DNA from: Camelus dromedarius | Lineage: Eukaryota | Assembly: GCF_036321535.1 (NCBI RefSeq) | Contig: NC_087436.1 | Span: 29,452,001-29,516,000, forward strand | Direction of reading: 5' to 3' | DNA: 64,000 nt | Part shown: one piece after another, positions 14,409 to 28,399 of the stretch | How the letters are laid out: the number at the start of each line of letters is the position of its first letter | Position numbering within the stretch: the first letter of the stretch is position 1 | Position numbers and translations under genes: made by a program | Notes under the pieces: model-generated | Databases searched by the model: none | What the model was told of the DNA's origin: nothing | The model's input: only the letters and a program-made list of their open reading frames with translations

Positions 14409-16070
14409 AACAATGAATGTTTTATACCAGATGTACTCATAACAACTTGGGTTTAAAATGTGACAATAACATCCCACTATATCAGAATTATTTTATCCTA
14501 AAGAGAAATAACCGTATAATAAAATATTAGAACGGAACCTATACTTTCAACTATGAAAACCCCTAATTATTGAGATACATTAAAGAAACTCCTGAGTGGT
14601 TGAAAGTCAGATTAAAACCTTAAATTGTGATAGAATAAACAGAAAGAGAAAGAAAAACATTACTCAAGGAACAATGCAAATACATAGGAAATTATATTGA
14701 GTTAACATATTGCATTAATTGGAACAAAAATATTTTCTATTCTAGAAGACTGATTTTCATGCAAATTCTTAGAATAAATTTAGTACTGGTGTTGAATATT
14801 GCTGCTGAATTATTCCAAAGTATTTTGGTTTTAATGTTGAGGAATAACAAGAGGCAACTTTTCAGGAACTTTAAAATGTTTTATATTAATTTGTGTGTAT
14901 TAGATAGATTTGATATACAAGCATTAGATGACGAGTTTTATGTGACTTGGTGTCTGGAAGTGAGTTAAAACAGACTATTTCTCTTCCCTGGCATATCTGA
15001 TTTGAAAGTAAATTTTCTCCAATGATTGAATAAATTTGAGTTTTAAAAATTATAAGAGTATTTCATTTTTCCTATATGTGGTATGATTTTGTTTATGCTA
15101 ATAAAAGAAACTGTCATTAATTAACATTTTAATCACTGTAGGTATTTCTGGTAATTGCATGTTTTCAATGCTGTCATCTTCTCTTCCAAAAAGATTCTAA
15201 TTCATAAATATTCAATCACTTGGGTTCATTTTCATCATAAAGGCATCAATCCCTATGTTATTTATAGGAAAAGTAATATAATTACAACTACTGCTCTACT
15301 GCTTCAAAAAGTAAATGCCTTCAATTGCTATTATTAGTGCATGAAAGTACGACTAGATAGTTAATATGGGGGGAAAAGGATACAAAGAGGACAACAAAGT
15401 ATTATCAGACTTATAGGAAATTTCTACTTAAGTTCTGTACTTATATGGAAAACTTGAAATAAAAAGATGAATAATCGGTCTACAAATTTAATCAGTACTA
15501 TCATTCAAACACTATTATTCTTCACAAAAATCTGTATTTCAAGGCCACCTGTGTTATAATAGTAGTTGTGGAATTAATGGAGTATTTCTTTTTAGGTTAG
15601 CAATTTGATGGCCCTTGAAAAGTGGTTCTGAACCCAGGTACAAAAAAAATGCCCTGAGCTGTTCTGAATTAGTTGACTGGTGTCGAGTCCAGAAATGCTT
15701 CTTTTAAATGACTACACTACTAGGTGACTCAAATTCAGATGTCTATATCTATTCGTTGAGAAACAATGTTCTAGAAGAATAACTAACTTGCCTTTCTTTT
15801 CTTTCTTTTTTATTATTATTATTTTTTGTTTGTTTGTTTCAGTGACTTCTTACAAGGTATGTCTTCAAGTTTGGTATAAATTGCTTTGAAAACCTAGATT
15901 TCATTTTCAAAACTCATATTTTGCTCCAGTGAAGCAAGTTTCTCTGTCTGGATATATGTTTTAAAATACAACTACAACAGAAAAAAAGACCATATGGTGC
16001 TTCTTTGCTTTCTCAACTGTCTATTGCTTTGTGTTATCTATCCAGGTGTAATTAGAGGATTTGCATTATA

Positions 16071-16101
<31 letters not shown>

Positions 16102-16136
16102 AGTCACAAACATATCACTTTTCTCTTTGTTGTAAG

Positions 16137-16594
16137 TATCAAGGGAAAAAATCATATCCAGACAGTAATTAAAGCAGTAAAAATGGGACTATTTATTCAG
16201 GACTATTGCTACAGGTGAAAAGAGACATCAGTCTAGAACTGCACCCATTTTCAAATACAGCAAGGCCAAGTGGAGATTTATAACCAAGGAGCACGGTCGG
16301 GGTCAGTGGATGAAAAATTAACTAAAAGGAAGCAGCAAGAATAAGGGGGAATTCTGGCTACACTGACTTGACAGGATTTATGCTGAAGGCAGGACAAGGG
16401 GAACTGATACCAAGGGTACGGAATGAGAAATCTAATCAGATATGGAGAATGGGGATTCTTGCAAAATTGATTTAGCAGGATTTTTAACATTAAGTGATAC
16501 AAAGATGAATGTAGGAGTTTGAAGGTAGAGGCCTCGTTGAGAAAGTCACTCACAGGAATATGACTAAAGTTTGCTCAAGGAAGGCATCTTGTCA
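16137..16594 (-). mobile_element. MER31-like ERV1 solo LTR
   Basis: Minus strand begins tgacaagatgccttccttgagcaaactttagtca...ttctcaacgaggcct (MER31-type start), with aataaa near the far end. Confidence 0.75.
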
Positions 16595-17039
16595 GCAACA
16601 TATGGTTTCCAGTCAGAATTTTATTTATTAAGACTTTCAAATTTTATTTAGTATGCAAAAAACCTAATTTCTGCATTTTTTTTTTCTATTTCTCAATTCT
16701 TCCAAGTCACTAGTTCCTTTTTATGACTGTGGAGAGGCCTCGTGCATTTTGAATCATTTTAACTTCCTACATGTTCTGAAACAAGACATGAGTTTTTATG
16801 ACTTACTTCAAATAATTATCATTTGATTTTTGAATATAAACTAATTTAAGTCAATTAGTAAGTACTTATGCCAGTCACTGTGAATAAAGCAAAGACTGTC
16901 AAAAAGACATACATTCTGCCTGAGATTTTAAAAGTCATGACTGCATTTCCTAACTCTATCCCCAGTAAAAACTGTATTCCTCATTTGTAACATAATTCAT
17001 ACAATGATAAATCCAAATGGAATAACACTGGCTTTCCTA

Positions 17040-17530
17040 GGCAGTATATATTACATTTCCCTTTTTTGTACTGTACCTTTTGCGTTCACAACACACTAAA
17101 GAAGTGAGATATTATTGTCTCCTGCATTTAGAGTGGAGTCTGCATAACTTGCAACTCTTCTGTGTAGGGTATTTGTCTCCTCTTCTGTATTTTATTGATT
17201 CAATCATTTATTTGTGTCAGCATGTACTACAGGATATTTATTTTATACTTTGGATTGTAATCAAATAGTTATTACTTTCTTGCTTAAATTGTTTCACTTC
17301 TGGCCTTTGGAGATGCTTTCATTTGGCTCTTCTGCCACTTCAACATACCGTCATGTAAGTTTGTTCATTGGTCGATTGGTTTTAAGTACTTCATTGCTTT
17401 CTGGCACTACAAGATCCTCCAGGCTCATCTTGCATATTTCTTGCTACAGTTCTAGAATCAATCATTTCTCCAAGAGATCCCCGTTCTTTTTATTGAGGAA
17501 TGATATTAGAAACCAAAATCTGAGCACTAG
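17040..17530 (-). mobile_element. old L1M (L1MC-like) 3' UTR fragment
   Basis: ttgctttctggcactacaagatcctccaggctcatcttgcatatttc...tagaatcaatcatttctccaag...tattagaaaccaaaatctgagcactag motif. Confidence 0.7.
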
Positions 17531-19134
17531 ATATGCCGACCAGACAACAGAAAGAGACCCCAAAGTGATCCGGTTAATGGAGTTTTCAGACATGGACTTT
17601 TAAAAAGTGTCTTCAATAGGTTAAGGGAAATATAAACAAAGATTAAGAGAATATGGCCCCAAACTGAAAACCACAGGATATGTATTTAAATTTTTAACAC
17701 TTGATAATTATAAAAAGTTTACAACTGTAATACTGACAATCAAGTGAAACATGCTGTTACGTAAAGTAAATGCTGAATACATTTAAACTTGACATTAGTG
17801 AATGCACTGAATATTCCTGTCTCTGACATGATGCTTCTAATACTACAATCAAAGCAAAATTTGTTTTGTATTGTCTGATATCCAATTTGAAATAGTTCAT
17901 TTATTGAACAAATATATTGGGAACCCACTGTGTTGTTAGAATTTAACCAAGTTCTAAATGAATAGTTCATTTCTATACTTACTAATTTAGGTAGATTACT
18001 TTTGAAACTTCACATCATTTTAACATGATGCAGCATTAAAAAGTCAATTTTGTTCTTGACGTAAGTATGGATTTAAAACCCTGAATGGAAGTGGGAGGCT
18101 AGACAGGGTAAGAAGTTGGTTCCTTATTAAAATTTTTAATTTCCTGATATCATCAGCAACCTAGCTATTCAGACACCTACTTAATCCCTTAGAACTTTTT
18201 CTGATTATCTGGGTGCCCCAAAATTTAGCTTGGAAACTTTAGTTTGAATCATTATGTAAATTGCTTTATGAGAGAATATAACCTTATGTCCTCCTGATGG
18301 AAACAGAAATTGAAAGAGGCAATCCTGAATTAATGATTCCATCCCTGAAGAGTGTCTCAAGTGGGAACAGCTCACAAGGGACGGTTATGAATTTTATTCT
18401 TTTCACGTTCACTCTTGACTCTCAACCAGTGTCAAATAAGGGTTATATAAGAATAATTTTATTCTCTGTTCCTGACAATTTAAAACCAGAACAATTGTTC
18501 TTTTTTATGGAAAGATGCAAAAAAAAGATTAATCTATTAATTAAGAGTTATTAACGACAGGAAGAAAAAACACAGATTTTATAATCTATCCAAAAGTTTT
18601 AAGTAAAATTGTGTATTTTTACCACGACACACAAAAGAGAAAATATATTATTTATGATAGGCAAATCTGCAACCCGCAATGCTCAGTTGCATAATAATGA
18701 GATATAGTGAGGTATACAAGCCTTTCAGAGAAACTTCATGGAAATTATTGAAGACTATATTTAGAGAATACTAAAAACAATTATTGGATACTAATGGCAA
18801 AAGTTCTATCTCTTAGATAAAGATTGTATTTCTTATTAGAGAGAAACCTAGTTCATACTTTTAGGTTTGATAATGTTTTCCCTTTTTCCTATCTTCCTAT
18901 GTAAGCATTTCTATTAAGTGGCTCAATACAGGTCCTAATCATAAGAATCCCACTGAAAGTTATAGAAAACCACAGAAAGGGTTAACTAAGCCACCATTCT
19001 ATTTTCTGCATCTTTTACTTTTCCCCAAATATTTTAATATCTATCTCTGGGATTCAAAGAAAATAGTTTCTTGCCCCAAATGAAAGAAAGAAAGCCACAT
19101 TGCTTAATTTTCTGGTTTTAACCGTAAGAAGTAT

Positions 19135-19237
19135 ATGTGTGTGTATACACACACACACACACACACACACATACAAATATACACACACACATATATACAT
19201 GTATATAGGTAGGTGTGTGTGTATATATGTATGTGTT
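19135..19237. repeat. (TG)n/(CA)n/(TA)n microsatellite
   Basis: Direct observation of dinucleotide runs. Confidence 0.95.
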
Positions 19238-20689
19238 TTATTTTTCTATTCATAGTTAAAAAATAATAGTTGATAACCACATCTACAACTGAATCACTGT
19301 CTAAACATCCACATACTTAACTGAAAGAAGATTCTTGCATTGATCAAAGAGGATTCAGTGAAATCTTGCTATTGTTTTGGCTTTTATTTGCACAGTCTGT
19401 GATTCAAAACAGTCCTGGATCCTTTTTGATGCTTTCGGAGGCACTGCAATTCTGGCATGCCCTCAATTGATAATGCGTTTGTCAGCTTCACTGCAAAGTA
19501 TTGCCATCTCTCAGAACAGATCATGATAAATCAGTTCGTCTCTTCAACGTTCTTAATGGGCTCCACCACCACAGCAACTCTATAAAAACGCTTCTTCTTT
19601 TTCCATCCCTCACATATTGAACAAATATTTATTTAGAAACAAGAAGAGTCTCTCTTATTCTAAGCTTTGATTCATTCAATTTGATCCTCAGTACAAAAGA
19701 GAAGGCTGCAGAATTTTGAGTAGAATTACATATAAAGTGAGTGAAAGCTCAAGGGAGGTAAAAACCTCCAAATTATCTTCCTTTCACTAATATGAAAAAG
19801 TAATTTATGTTATGAGGAGGTATAAAACTAATATATAAAATAGAGCAAAACTGATAGTTTCATGGTTATTGTAATTTGTCCCAACGTAAGGCATTTTCTT
19901 ATATTAATTCATACATTTTGTCTCATAGCCTGATATATACAAATTTAAATATTAGATTGACATACTATGTGATTGGATTAAATATTAGATTAGATTTATT
20001 AGACTGATAACACTTGTAATTTTAAAGATGCCATTTATACTTTTTATCATAAAAGTGGAAAAAAAGTAGAAAGCATGTTTTACATTTTTTAAATACTTCA
20101 TATGTTGAAATTTTACTCCACTATAAACTTGTAATTATCAGTTCTGTAGTTGGTTGAATCATACTATTTTTATATAAGATTAAGAGGATAGCCCATGAGT
20201 TCCAAGTTGGTTAAGTCTAAACCCAAACTGTACATAAATGAGACAGAAACATCTATTTACTACTGAAAATTTAAATTTCTTTGTTGAGGATCAAATATAT
20301 TGTAGTCTTTCAATTTTAAAGTCCACATTGGTTTTATATACTATTCATATAACTGGTTTACACTGTTGAATGATACTTTCTCTTCTGTTTAAGAAAAGGA
20401 AGGTGGCTTTTGAGTCAAAACTTTTTAGTCACTACAGTGTAAAGAATATTTTAAAATATACATATTTTATTGAAGTTTCTTGAGGCATGAAGCTTTCTGG
20501 ACGTGTGATATCTCCAAATAACTGAAATTTACCTCATAAGACAGAAAAATTTCTAAGTTTCTTTACACATACAGTTGTTTCCTACTATATTATTCACTTT
20601 CTTAAAAAGGAAGCGTATTATACTGTAATTCATTTCTCTATATGTAGGCTTACAAGAACCTACTAATCTAATTTATATTTGCCTTTATT

Positions 20690-22150
20690 TTAGCATTCCC
20701 TTTGTTCTTCATCACTTACTGCAATGCCACCATTTCATCTGCATGTAGTGTTACTTTGTTATGAATTTTAATTTGGCACAGGACTTCTGTGAATGAATTC
20801 TTTCAATTACTATTTGTCAGAAAATGTCTTGGTTTCTACTTCATTCTTGATGAATATTACCAATGGGTATCAAAATCTGATTTGTCACTTTCTTTGTGCA
20901 TTTTGAAAACACGATTCCATTTGCTTTCTAGTCCCCATTATTTCTGTTAAGAAGTCGTCTATGTAAGTCTTTTTTCCACTTCTTTGAAGATAGCGTATTC
21001 CTCCTCTTACCAAAGATTTTCTTCTTCTCTTTACTGTTCTGTGGCTTGAAACCACCAGTTCTACTGTACAGGTTCTATTTTACAGATATATTTTATTGCA
21101 AGGACACATTCAAAGTGCTTCTTGATAATTTGTACTAACCTCATTTTTCAGGTTTTAAAATTCTCAGTCATTAATACCACATATTTTACTTACACTCTAT
21201 TCCTTCTCGTATTTTCTTATAGGACTTCAATTTCCTATTACATTAGAAGTTTGGGTTCTATGTCATCTGTCATGTGTATAACATTCTTTTATGCAGTTTC
21301 TACCAGTTAAATCTTTACAGTTACTTTGTGGAGTATGTTTTACACCTCTTTTCAGTTGTGTTGATCTATTATTAAACAAACACTTTGAGTTCATAATTTC
21401 AGTCGTATTTGTCAGAAAAGAAAATTTAATTTTTAAATTCTTCACTTATCTCCTCAAAATCTATATCTCATCATCTCATTTTAATATATTACTTATCACA
21501 ATTATTTTAAAATGTCTACTCTGAAAACTCTAATATGTGGTTCTAGTATATTCTGTCTTCATCTATTTCTATCACTTACTCTTTTTTCTTGGTTTCCAGT
21601 CATGTCAACCTAAGTCAGTATGTCTGCTTATTTTATTTGAATTTATAATAGAAACAAACTACTGTGTACAGAAAAAATGGGAGAAAATTTGAGACTATAA
21701 GTAATTTTGTTTTTTCTCAGAATTTGGAATTGCTTCTAGGAAGGGAGTTAGAAGGAGAAGAGAACATATTAGATTGTTAACATATTCAAAATGAGGCTTC
21801 AATTTTAATGATAGCTCTATTCTCCTGATTCACCTTTATTTCCAGCAACTTCTCTGGTGCCCCAGGCAGGAGTCTAGTGTGTATTAGTGTCCCTACTCCA
21901 TGGTGGGTTTTGAATTCCAACATTTACATACTCAAGTCTAAAATACTGTTCTGTTTAATTCCTCAGTCTCTCAGAAGCAGTTTCTTCACAGAGTTACAGC
22001 TTTCCAGATGCTTTCTCTCTTTTTTCTCTTTCTTTGTTTGGAATCAGTCCATGATTTCAAGAGACAGTAGTAGTGGATGTCATACAAACTTTTCTGCCTC
22101 CTCTTCTTTCTAGGATTTTGTTTTTTCAAGATATTGGTACCTTAGTAGTT
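20690..22150 (-). mobile_element. highly degraded old L1 (ORF1/5' region)
   Basis: T-rich L1M-like motifs (gaaaatgtctt...cttcattcttga, ttccatttgctttctag, aagattttcttc). No intact ORF. Confidence 0.5.
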
Positions 22151-22604
22151 TTTCAATTTCATTAAACAAATTTTCAAATGTCCATCGTTAGAAAGCAAGA
22201 GGAAAAGAAAGATCAACTTTTGAAGTTCTTCTTTGAAGGTTAATTAGCAATAAGTAGCTTCCCATCCCTGGAAAAATAAACATAAATGTATTCTTCTAAA
22301 CATAAAAGCTTTAATTCTAGAACTGTAAAAAATTTAAATTTATACTTTCCAGTATAAATGTCATAAAACAGAGTAGGTAATAGGACGCTGTATATTTTAA
22401 TATTATTTCTTTCCTCTGTAAATAATGTCTATTGAAGAAACAGACCTTGAGAAGTGAGCTACTTAAATCATGAATTCCTTTAGCAAATATTTATTGGGTA
22501 ACTGCAATCAGATAACGTTTGTGCAATGTTTATTACCCCTGTGCTTCCTTAATTCAGAATTAAGCAGATTACTACATGCTATTAGAGGAGACATGGACAG
22601 ATCA

Positions 22605-22905
22605 CAATCCTTGAACCATATTTAGCCTGCAAACTGTTTTACTATTGGACATCAGCTAAGAATGCTTTCAATATTTTTAAATGTTTGAAAATGTATCAGG
22701 AAAAGAAGGATTCTGACATGGATATTGCACAAATTTAAAATTTCAGTGAACAAAAAGAAAATCTGATTGGAATGTAGCCACATTCATTTGTTCACTCTTT
22801 CCTGTGGCTTCTTTTACACTACAGTGGCAGAGTTGAGTAACATATGTCATATGACCCTGAAAACCTAATAGATTAACTACCCGGCCCATACAGAAAATGT
22901 TGCCA
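22605..22905. mobile_element. hAT-Charlie MITE (MER58B-like)
   Basis: agctaagaatgctttcaatatttttaaatg...attggaatgtagccacattcatttg...acagtggcagagttgagta...cagaaaatgttgcca. Confidence 0.75.
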
Positions 22906-23324
22906 AAAACAACATGGGATTACATTTTGAAACTTGATTTCCCCTTTTAGCATACAAAAATAAAATCTTCATTTTACAAAGGTTTTTGGGGAAGCATTCT
23001 ATATTTGATTATTTTTTCCTACCAGGAAAAACTCAGAGCATACCTGCATTTCTGTTTTCTTTGGCTATTCATGGCATTGAGGCTTTAGATATTCCCACTG
23101 TGTAGATAGCACCCTTTAAGGCTCACCTTTGAAAAATCCAGAGTTTCTAATTTGTAGGAAAAGTTATGCTCAAAAATAGTGTCAATATGCCAACTTCAGC
23201 TCATTGATTCTCTTAGATTCATACTGTGTATTTATCTCATTCTCCATGGTTATATAATAGCTCTTTAAAAATACTTCAGGAATTATATATGTTACTTTTC
23301 AATACAAAAGGCCACACCTATTTG

Positions 23325-25161
23325 TTTTTTTCCATCTTTTATGTTTTTAACACCTTTATTGTGGTATGATTCCTGTATAGTAAACTACATATATTTCAGA
23401 TGTACAAGCTGATGAACTTTGGTAGATGTATATACCAATAAAGCCACCCACCACTACAATCAAGATAGCTAACATTTCCATCACTCCTCAAGAGGTGCAA
23501 ATTTCAAATTCCCAGTTTATCCCTTCCCACCGTATTTACCCCTGGTAGCCATAAGTTTGTTCTCTATGTTTGTGAGTCTGTTTCTGTTTTGTAGATAAGT
23601 TCATTTGTGTCCGTTTAGATTCCACATATAAGTCATACCATATGGAATTTTTCTTTCTCTTTCTGACTTTGTGACAATCTCCAGGTCGATCCATGTTGCT
23701 GCAAATGGCATTATTTTATTCTTTTTGATGGCTGAGTAGTATTCCATTGTATATATATACACTACATCTTCTTTATCCAGTCATCTTTCAATAGACATTT
23801 GGGTCATTTCCATGTCTTGGCTGTTGTAAATAGTGCTGCTGTGAACACTGGGGTCCATATGTCTTTTCAAATTATATTTTCCTCCAGATATATGCCCAGG
23901 AGTGGGATTACTGAATCGTGTGGTAAGTCTATTTTTAGTTTTCTGAGGAATCTCCATAGTGTTCTCCATAGTGGTTTCACCAATTTAAATTTCTACCAAC
24001 AGTGTAGGAGGGTTCTTTTCTCTAATCCCATTTACCATTGCACCAAAAAGAATAAAATACCTAAGAATAAATTTACTGAAGTAGGCAAAGGACCTGTACT
24101 ATGAAAACTATAAGACACTGAGGAAAGAAATTGAAGATAATATAAACAGATGGGAAAATATAACATGTTCATGCATTGGAAGAATCAATATTGTTAAGGT
24201 GGCCATGCTACCCAAGGCAGTATACAGATTCAGTGCAGTCCCTACCAAATTACCAATGACATTTTTCACAGAGTTGGAAAAAAAACTGTTAAAATTGGTA
24301 TGGAAACACAAAAGATCCCCAACAGCCAAAACAGTCTTGAGAAAGGTGAATGGAACTGGGGGAGGGAATCACACTCCATGACTTCATACTATACTACAAA
24401 GCTATAGTAATCAAAATGGTATGGCATTGGTACAAAAACAGACACATAGACCAATGGAACAGGATAGGAAGTCTAGAAATAAACCCATGCACTTATGATC
24501 AATTAATCTATGACAAAGGAAACAAGAATATGGAAAAAAGACAGTCTTTTCAACAAGTGGTGCTGGGAAAACTGGACAGCTACCTGTAAAAGACTGAAAT
24601 TAGAACATTCTCTAATACAAAAGCAAACTCAAAATGGATTAAAGACCTAAATGTAAGACCAGATACTATAAAACTCCTAGAGGAAAACATGGGTAGAGCA
24701 AACTTGAACATAAATCACAGCAAAGTATTTTTTTCATATCAGCTCCTAAAATAATGGAAATAAAAGCAAAAATAAACAAATGGGATCTAATTAAACTTAA
24801 AAGCTTTTGCACAGCTAAGGATACCATCAATAAAATTAAAAGACAACCTAAAGAATGGGAGAAAATACCTGCAAATGATGCAACCAACAAGGGACTAATT
24901 TCCAAAATATACAAACAGCTCATACAGCTTAATATCAAAAAAAAACAAGCAACCCAATCAAAAAATGGGCAGAGCAGAGTACCTAAATAGATATCTCTCC
25001 AAAGGAGACATCCAGATGGCCAACTAGCACATTAAAAGATACTCAACATCACTAACTGTTAGAGAAATGCAAATCAGACCTACGAGATACCACCTCACAC
25101 CAGTCAGAATGGCCACCATTAAAAAGTCCATGGACGATAAATGCCGGAGAGGATATGGAGA
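23325..25161 (-). mobile_element. LINE-1 with 5' inversion (twin priming), bounded by a TSD
   Basis: Minus-strand 3' part at 23325-~24022 and plus-strand ORF2 part at ~24023-25167 ([31 protein letters not shown]). TSD aaaaggccacacctatttg (23306-23324) vs aaaaggccacatctatttg (25162-25180), 18/19 identical. Confidence 0.92.
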
Positions 25162-27429
25162 AAAAGGCCACATCTATTTGAATGTGCACATTGTTTTTTT
25201 GTTTTTTAGAAAATGCTTTTTTTATTTTCTGAAAAATTAGCCACATATAGAAAAATGCCTTTGATAATAATTTCCAGAAATAGTTTCAAGCAAGTATAGC
25301 TTAAGACAGTTTGGCTGGTGGGAAGCCAGATAGAAAGGTCTTTTTAATTTTTTTTTTTTTTTTTTACAGCTTACCTAGTGCATTATAAAAGCTTTAAACA
25401 AACTACTTTTCTCTAGTGTGGTGTTAAGTTTAAAAAAAATAAATTTACTGGGCAAAATAAATATTTTCAAGCAAATGATTTGCGAATCAGGTCCAAGTGT
25501 TAATCCAAGCTTTAATATTTCTAATTAATTAACCTTGGCTATAGCAGCTATAAGCTGCAAAGCTCGGGATTACTGGGTGACTTATCTGAGAGTAAAACAA
25601 ATCCATTATTTGAAGAAAATATCTTTAAAATGGTTGCTTAGAACCTACAAAAGCTTTGAAGCATGTTGATATAAAAATCATTCTCAAAAGCCATTTAATT
25701 CCCTTACGATACTAAAACCCACTCAGCTTAAAAAACAAAACAAAACAAAACAAAAAAACACTCAAACGTTAAATACTTGGAGATTAATCCCCTTGTCTTA
25801 AAACTCAAATTCAACCATTCTAGTGTTTGAACAGCAACTGAAGTAGAATACTCATGCAAACCAGAGGATACATTACTTTCTGGAGGAAAAGGATGTTGAT
25901 TGGGTTGGGACACTTGTATTTTTTACCTAACTTTCTAGAGAATTTTGAATTAGGCAGTGAAATAACTTTATATTTAAGTAAAAGCAAATAAATGCAAACT
26001 TCAGAGAAGTTTGCCTTTATGGAGCTATTAAGAAACTTATTAATTCTATGATTTTATATTTTTTTGAAATACAATTTCATATATTGAATTTACATAAAAT
26101 AATGGCAATACAATTTTAAAATAAAAGTGTATAAAATCCTGTCGGTTCTCATAACATGTATTTTAAAATTACTGATGACATTCTCCAAGAACTGTGGAAT
26201 ATAAATGCAGTGAAAATAAATCTGAATTCCTATTCTGCCTCCTAGTGTCACTTCAGTATAGCTTTAATTAATTTTAATATATTTGTGATATTATATTCCT
26301 TTCATAATCTTAAATTCCCAAAACTTGGAGAAGTTTTGAAAAGGCCCATGTTCACCTTTTAAATTAATGACAGTTTATAGGCAAATACAAATCCTTTAAT
26401 ATATGCATCCTAATATGTCTATATTTTTAACATTTTGGCTTAGAGTATACGAAGAATAAAATAGGAAAATCTGAAATGCTTACTAATGAGCATTAAGTAG
26501 ATTTTTAGATCACAAGTCCAGAAAAATGAGGGGAAAAAAAAACAGCATAAAGTAAATTGATGAATGGCAACCTAGCTGCAGAGCAGAGAATGATGAATTC
26601 TAAGCAGACAGTAAATAGTTAAAAATTCATGTTACTTTTATCTTAGAATCCTTCAACTTCTAACAATTTTGAGTTGAATTACATCTGGAAGTAAGGGCTC
26701 AATAGAATGTCACTAAAATACGATACTTTTTTTTTTTTTTTTTAAAGCAAGGAGACTTTCTAGATGTGCTTTCTGACACTATCTAGGAAAAAAAAAAATC
26801 ATCTCTCTCTCATTGCAGCACAAAGTTGCAAAGATAAAGCTTATTTTCTGAGCCTAAAACATAGAGTTAATGACCTAGATGATGCCCTCTGCAGCCCTTG
26901 TCTACTATTCAGACCCTAGCATTCTGGATTACTGGACATTGACATCTAGGTAAGATGTGGGAGTATTTTTTTGGAAAATCCAATCATTCCAGTAAGATTG
27001 AAAAAGAGATCTTACTGACACCTATTTTTCCAAAGAAACCACCCATCTAGATAATTTAGAACAGATCCTATCTAATAGCTTCCAAAATGCTTGTTAGTAA
27101 CTGTTAATTATGAACAGGCAACCAAAGATTATCTATGAAAACCCTCTAATCTGAAAGATAAAGATAAAAAGTAATAAAGAGAAATATTTAACTTGGAGGA
27201 TATAGTGACTGTTTGTGGCAGTGGAAATATCAAATACCCTTTGCATACAATTTGGATCAATCAAATCCAATTTTATGTTTGGGCAGTTTTACTTGGAAGA
27301 ATTAACATATTGAGTATTTCTTACAATATGGAACAATTAATATATTGAGCTTTTCATTTTCTGTTAGAGGTCTTCCAAAAAAGAGAGACAAATTAATTAT
27401 TTTTAAATGAAATAAAACTCATTCTATTT

Positions 27430-28380
27430 TTCAATTACCATATGGGTCTATTGGGCAGTTTTATAAATCTAAGACACATTACAGAATCTTAGTAATCATT
27501 TTCTTATTAAAAAATATTTTGCTATTTCATTAATCTATGAATTATTTTATTAGCCACCAATTACTCCCAAATAAAGTTTCAAATAATTTTTTAAAGAAGA
27601 AAAGAATTGTTGGAATAATATAGGATGATGCAACTGTGAAATAAATTATTCTCTTTTACTTTTTTTAAATGGAATTTTATATGGTACTGCATCATCTTTC
27701 ACAAAGTATAAGTGAAAAGTAGGGATTCCATCTCTGAAGTGTGCTTTTAGATTTCTTTAAACAAAAGTAAGAAATAAGATTGTTCAGGTTTGGCCTATAA
27801 TAAAAAAGAGAAGAAAACTGACAGAGCATTAAATTTCACAATTATTAAATAAATCAGAAGATGAATTCACTGAGGCTGATTATACTCTAGACTTTGATTA
27901 TGATGACAAAATTGATCATAAAATTGAAATCTCAGACTAGTCTCCAGATGATATCTTACTTGATTTTCCCCAACCGCACAAATTATAAGAGAACAATATA
28001 TTTCTAAAGACAAAAAAGAAAAAATATATTATCATGTAGTTAGTAACTCAATAAGAAGAACTTCGTGATATAATGTTTTGGGCCAAAAACCTAGACTAAA
28101 CCAGTTTTCTGAAAGAACATGTTAACAGTAGTTTTTGTTTTGTCTTAATCTTTTATAATGTTTGCATACCAAAATTAATTGACATAAGGTGATTTAAATC
28201 TCTAATTAATTATTAAAATGTATTTTAAAATTAACTATCCCTTTTTAATTATCCTTTTATTTTAACCATTTAAAAAAACTTATCATTCTTTACTATCCTT
28301 TTATTCTTGTTTTTGTGAATTAATCACTTTAAATATATAAAGCATTAAAAGTGTCCATTGGAATCATGTATTAAATGATG
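27430..28380 (+). mobile_element. piggyBac-type DNA transposon relic (Looper-like), internally deleted
   Basis: Broken acidic N-terminal transposase-like frame from ~27800 (KKRRKLTEH*ISQLLNKSEDEF...DDKIDHKIEISD*). Degenerate inverted ends atgggtctattgggcagttt (~27442) and aaagtgtccattggaatcat (~28348). Confidence 0.65.
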
Positions 28381-28399
28381 ATGATATTTTCTGAGGGAT

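Noticed and set aside
13906..14423. Possible TSD aaccatgattttttt / aacaatgaatgtttt around the short L1
   Set aside because: Only 12/15 matches in AT-rich sequence; plausible but not distinguishable from chance.
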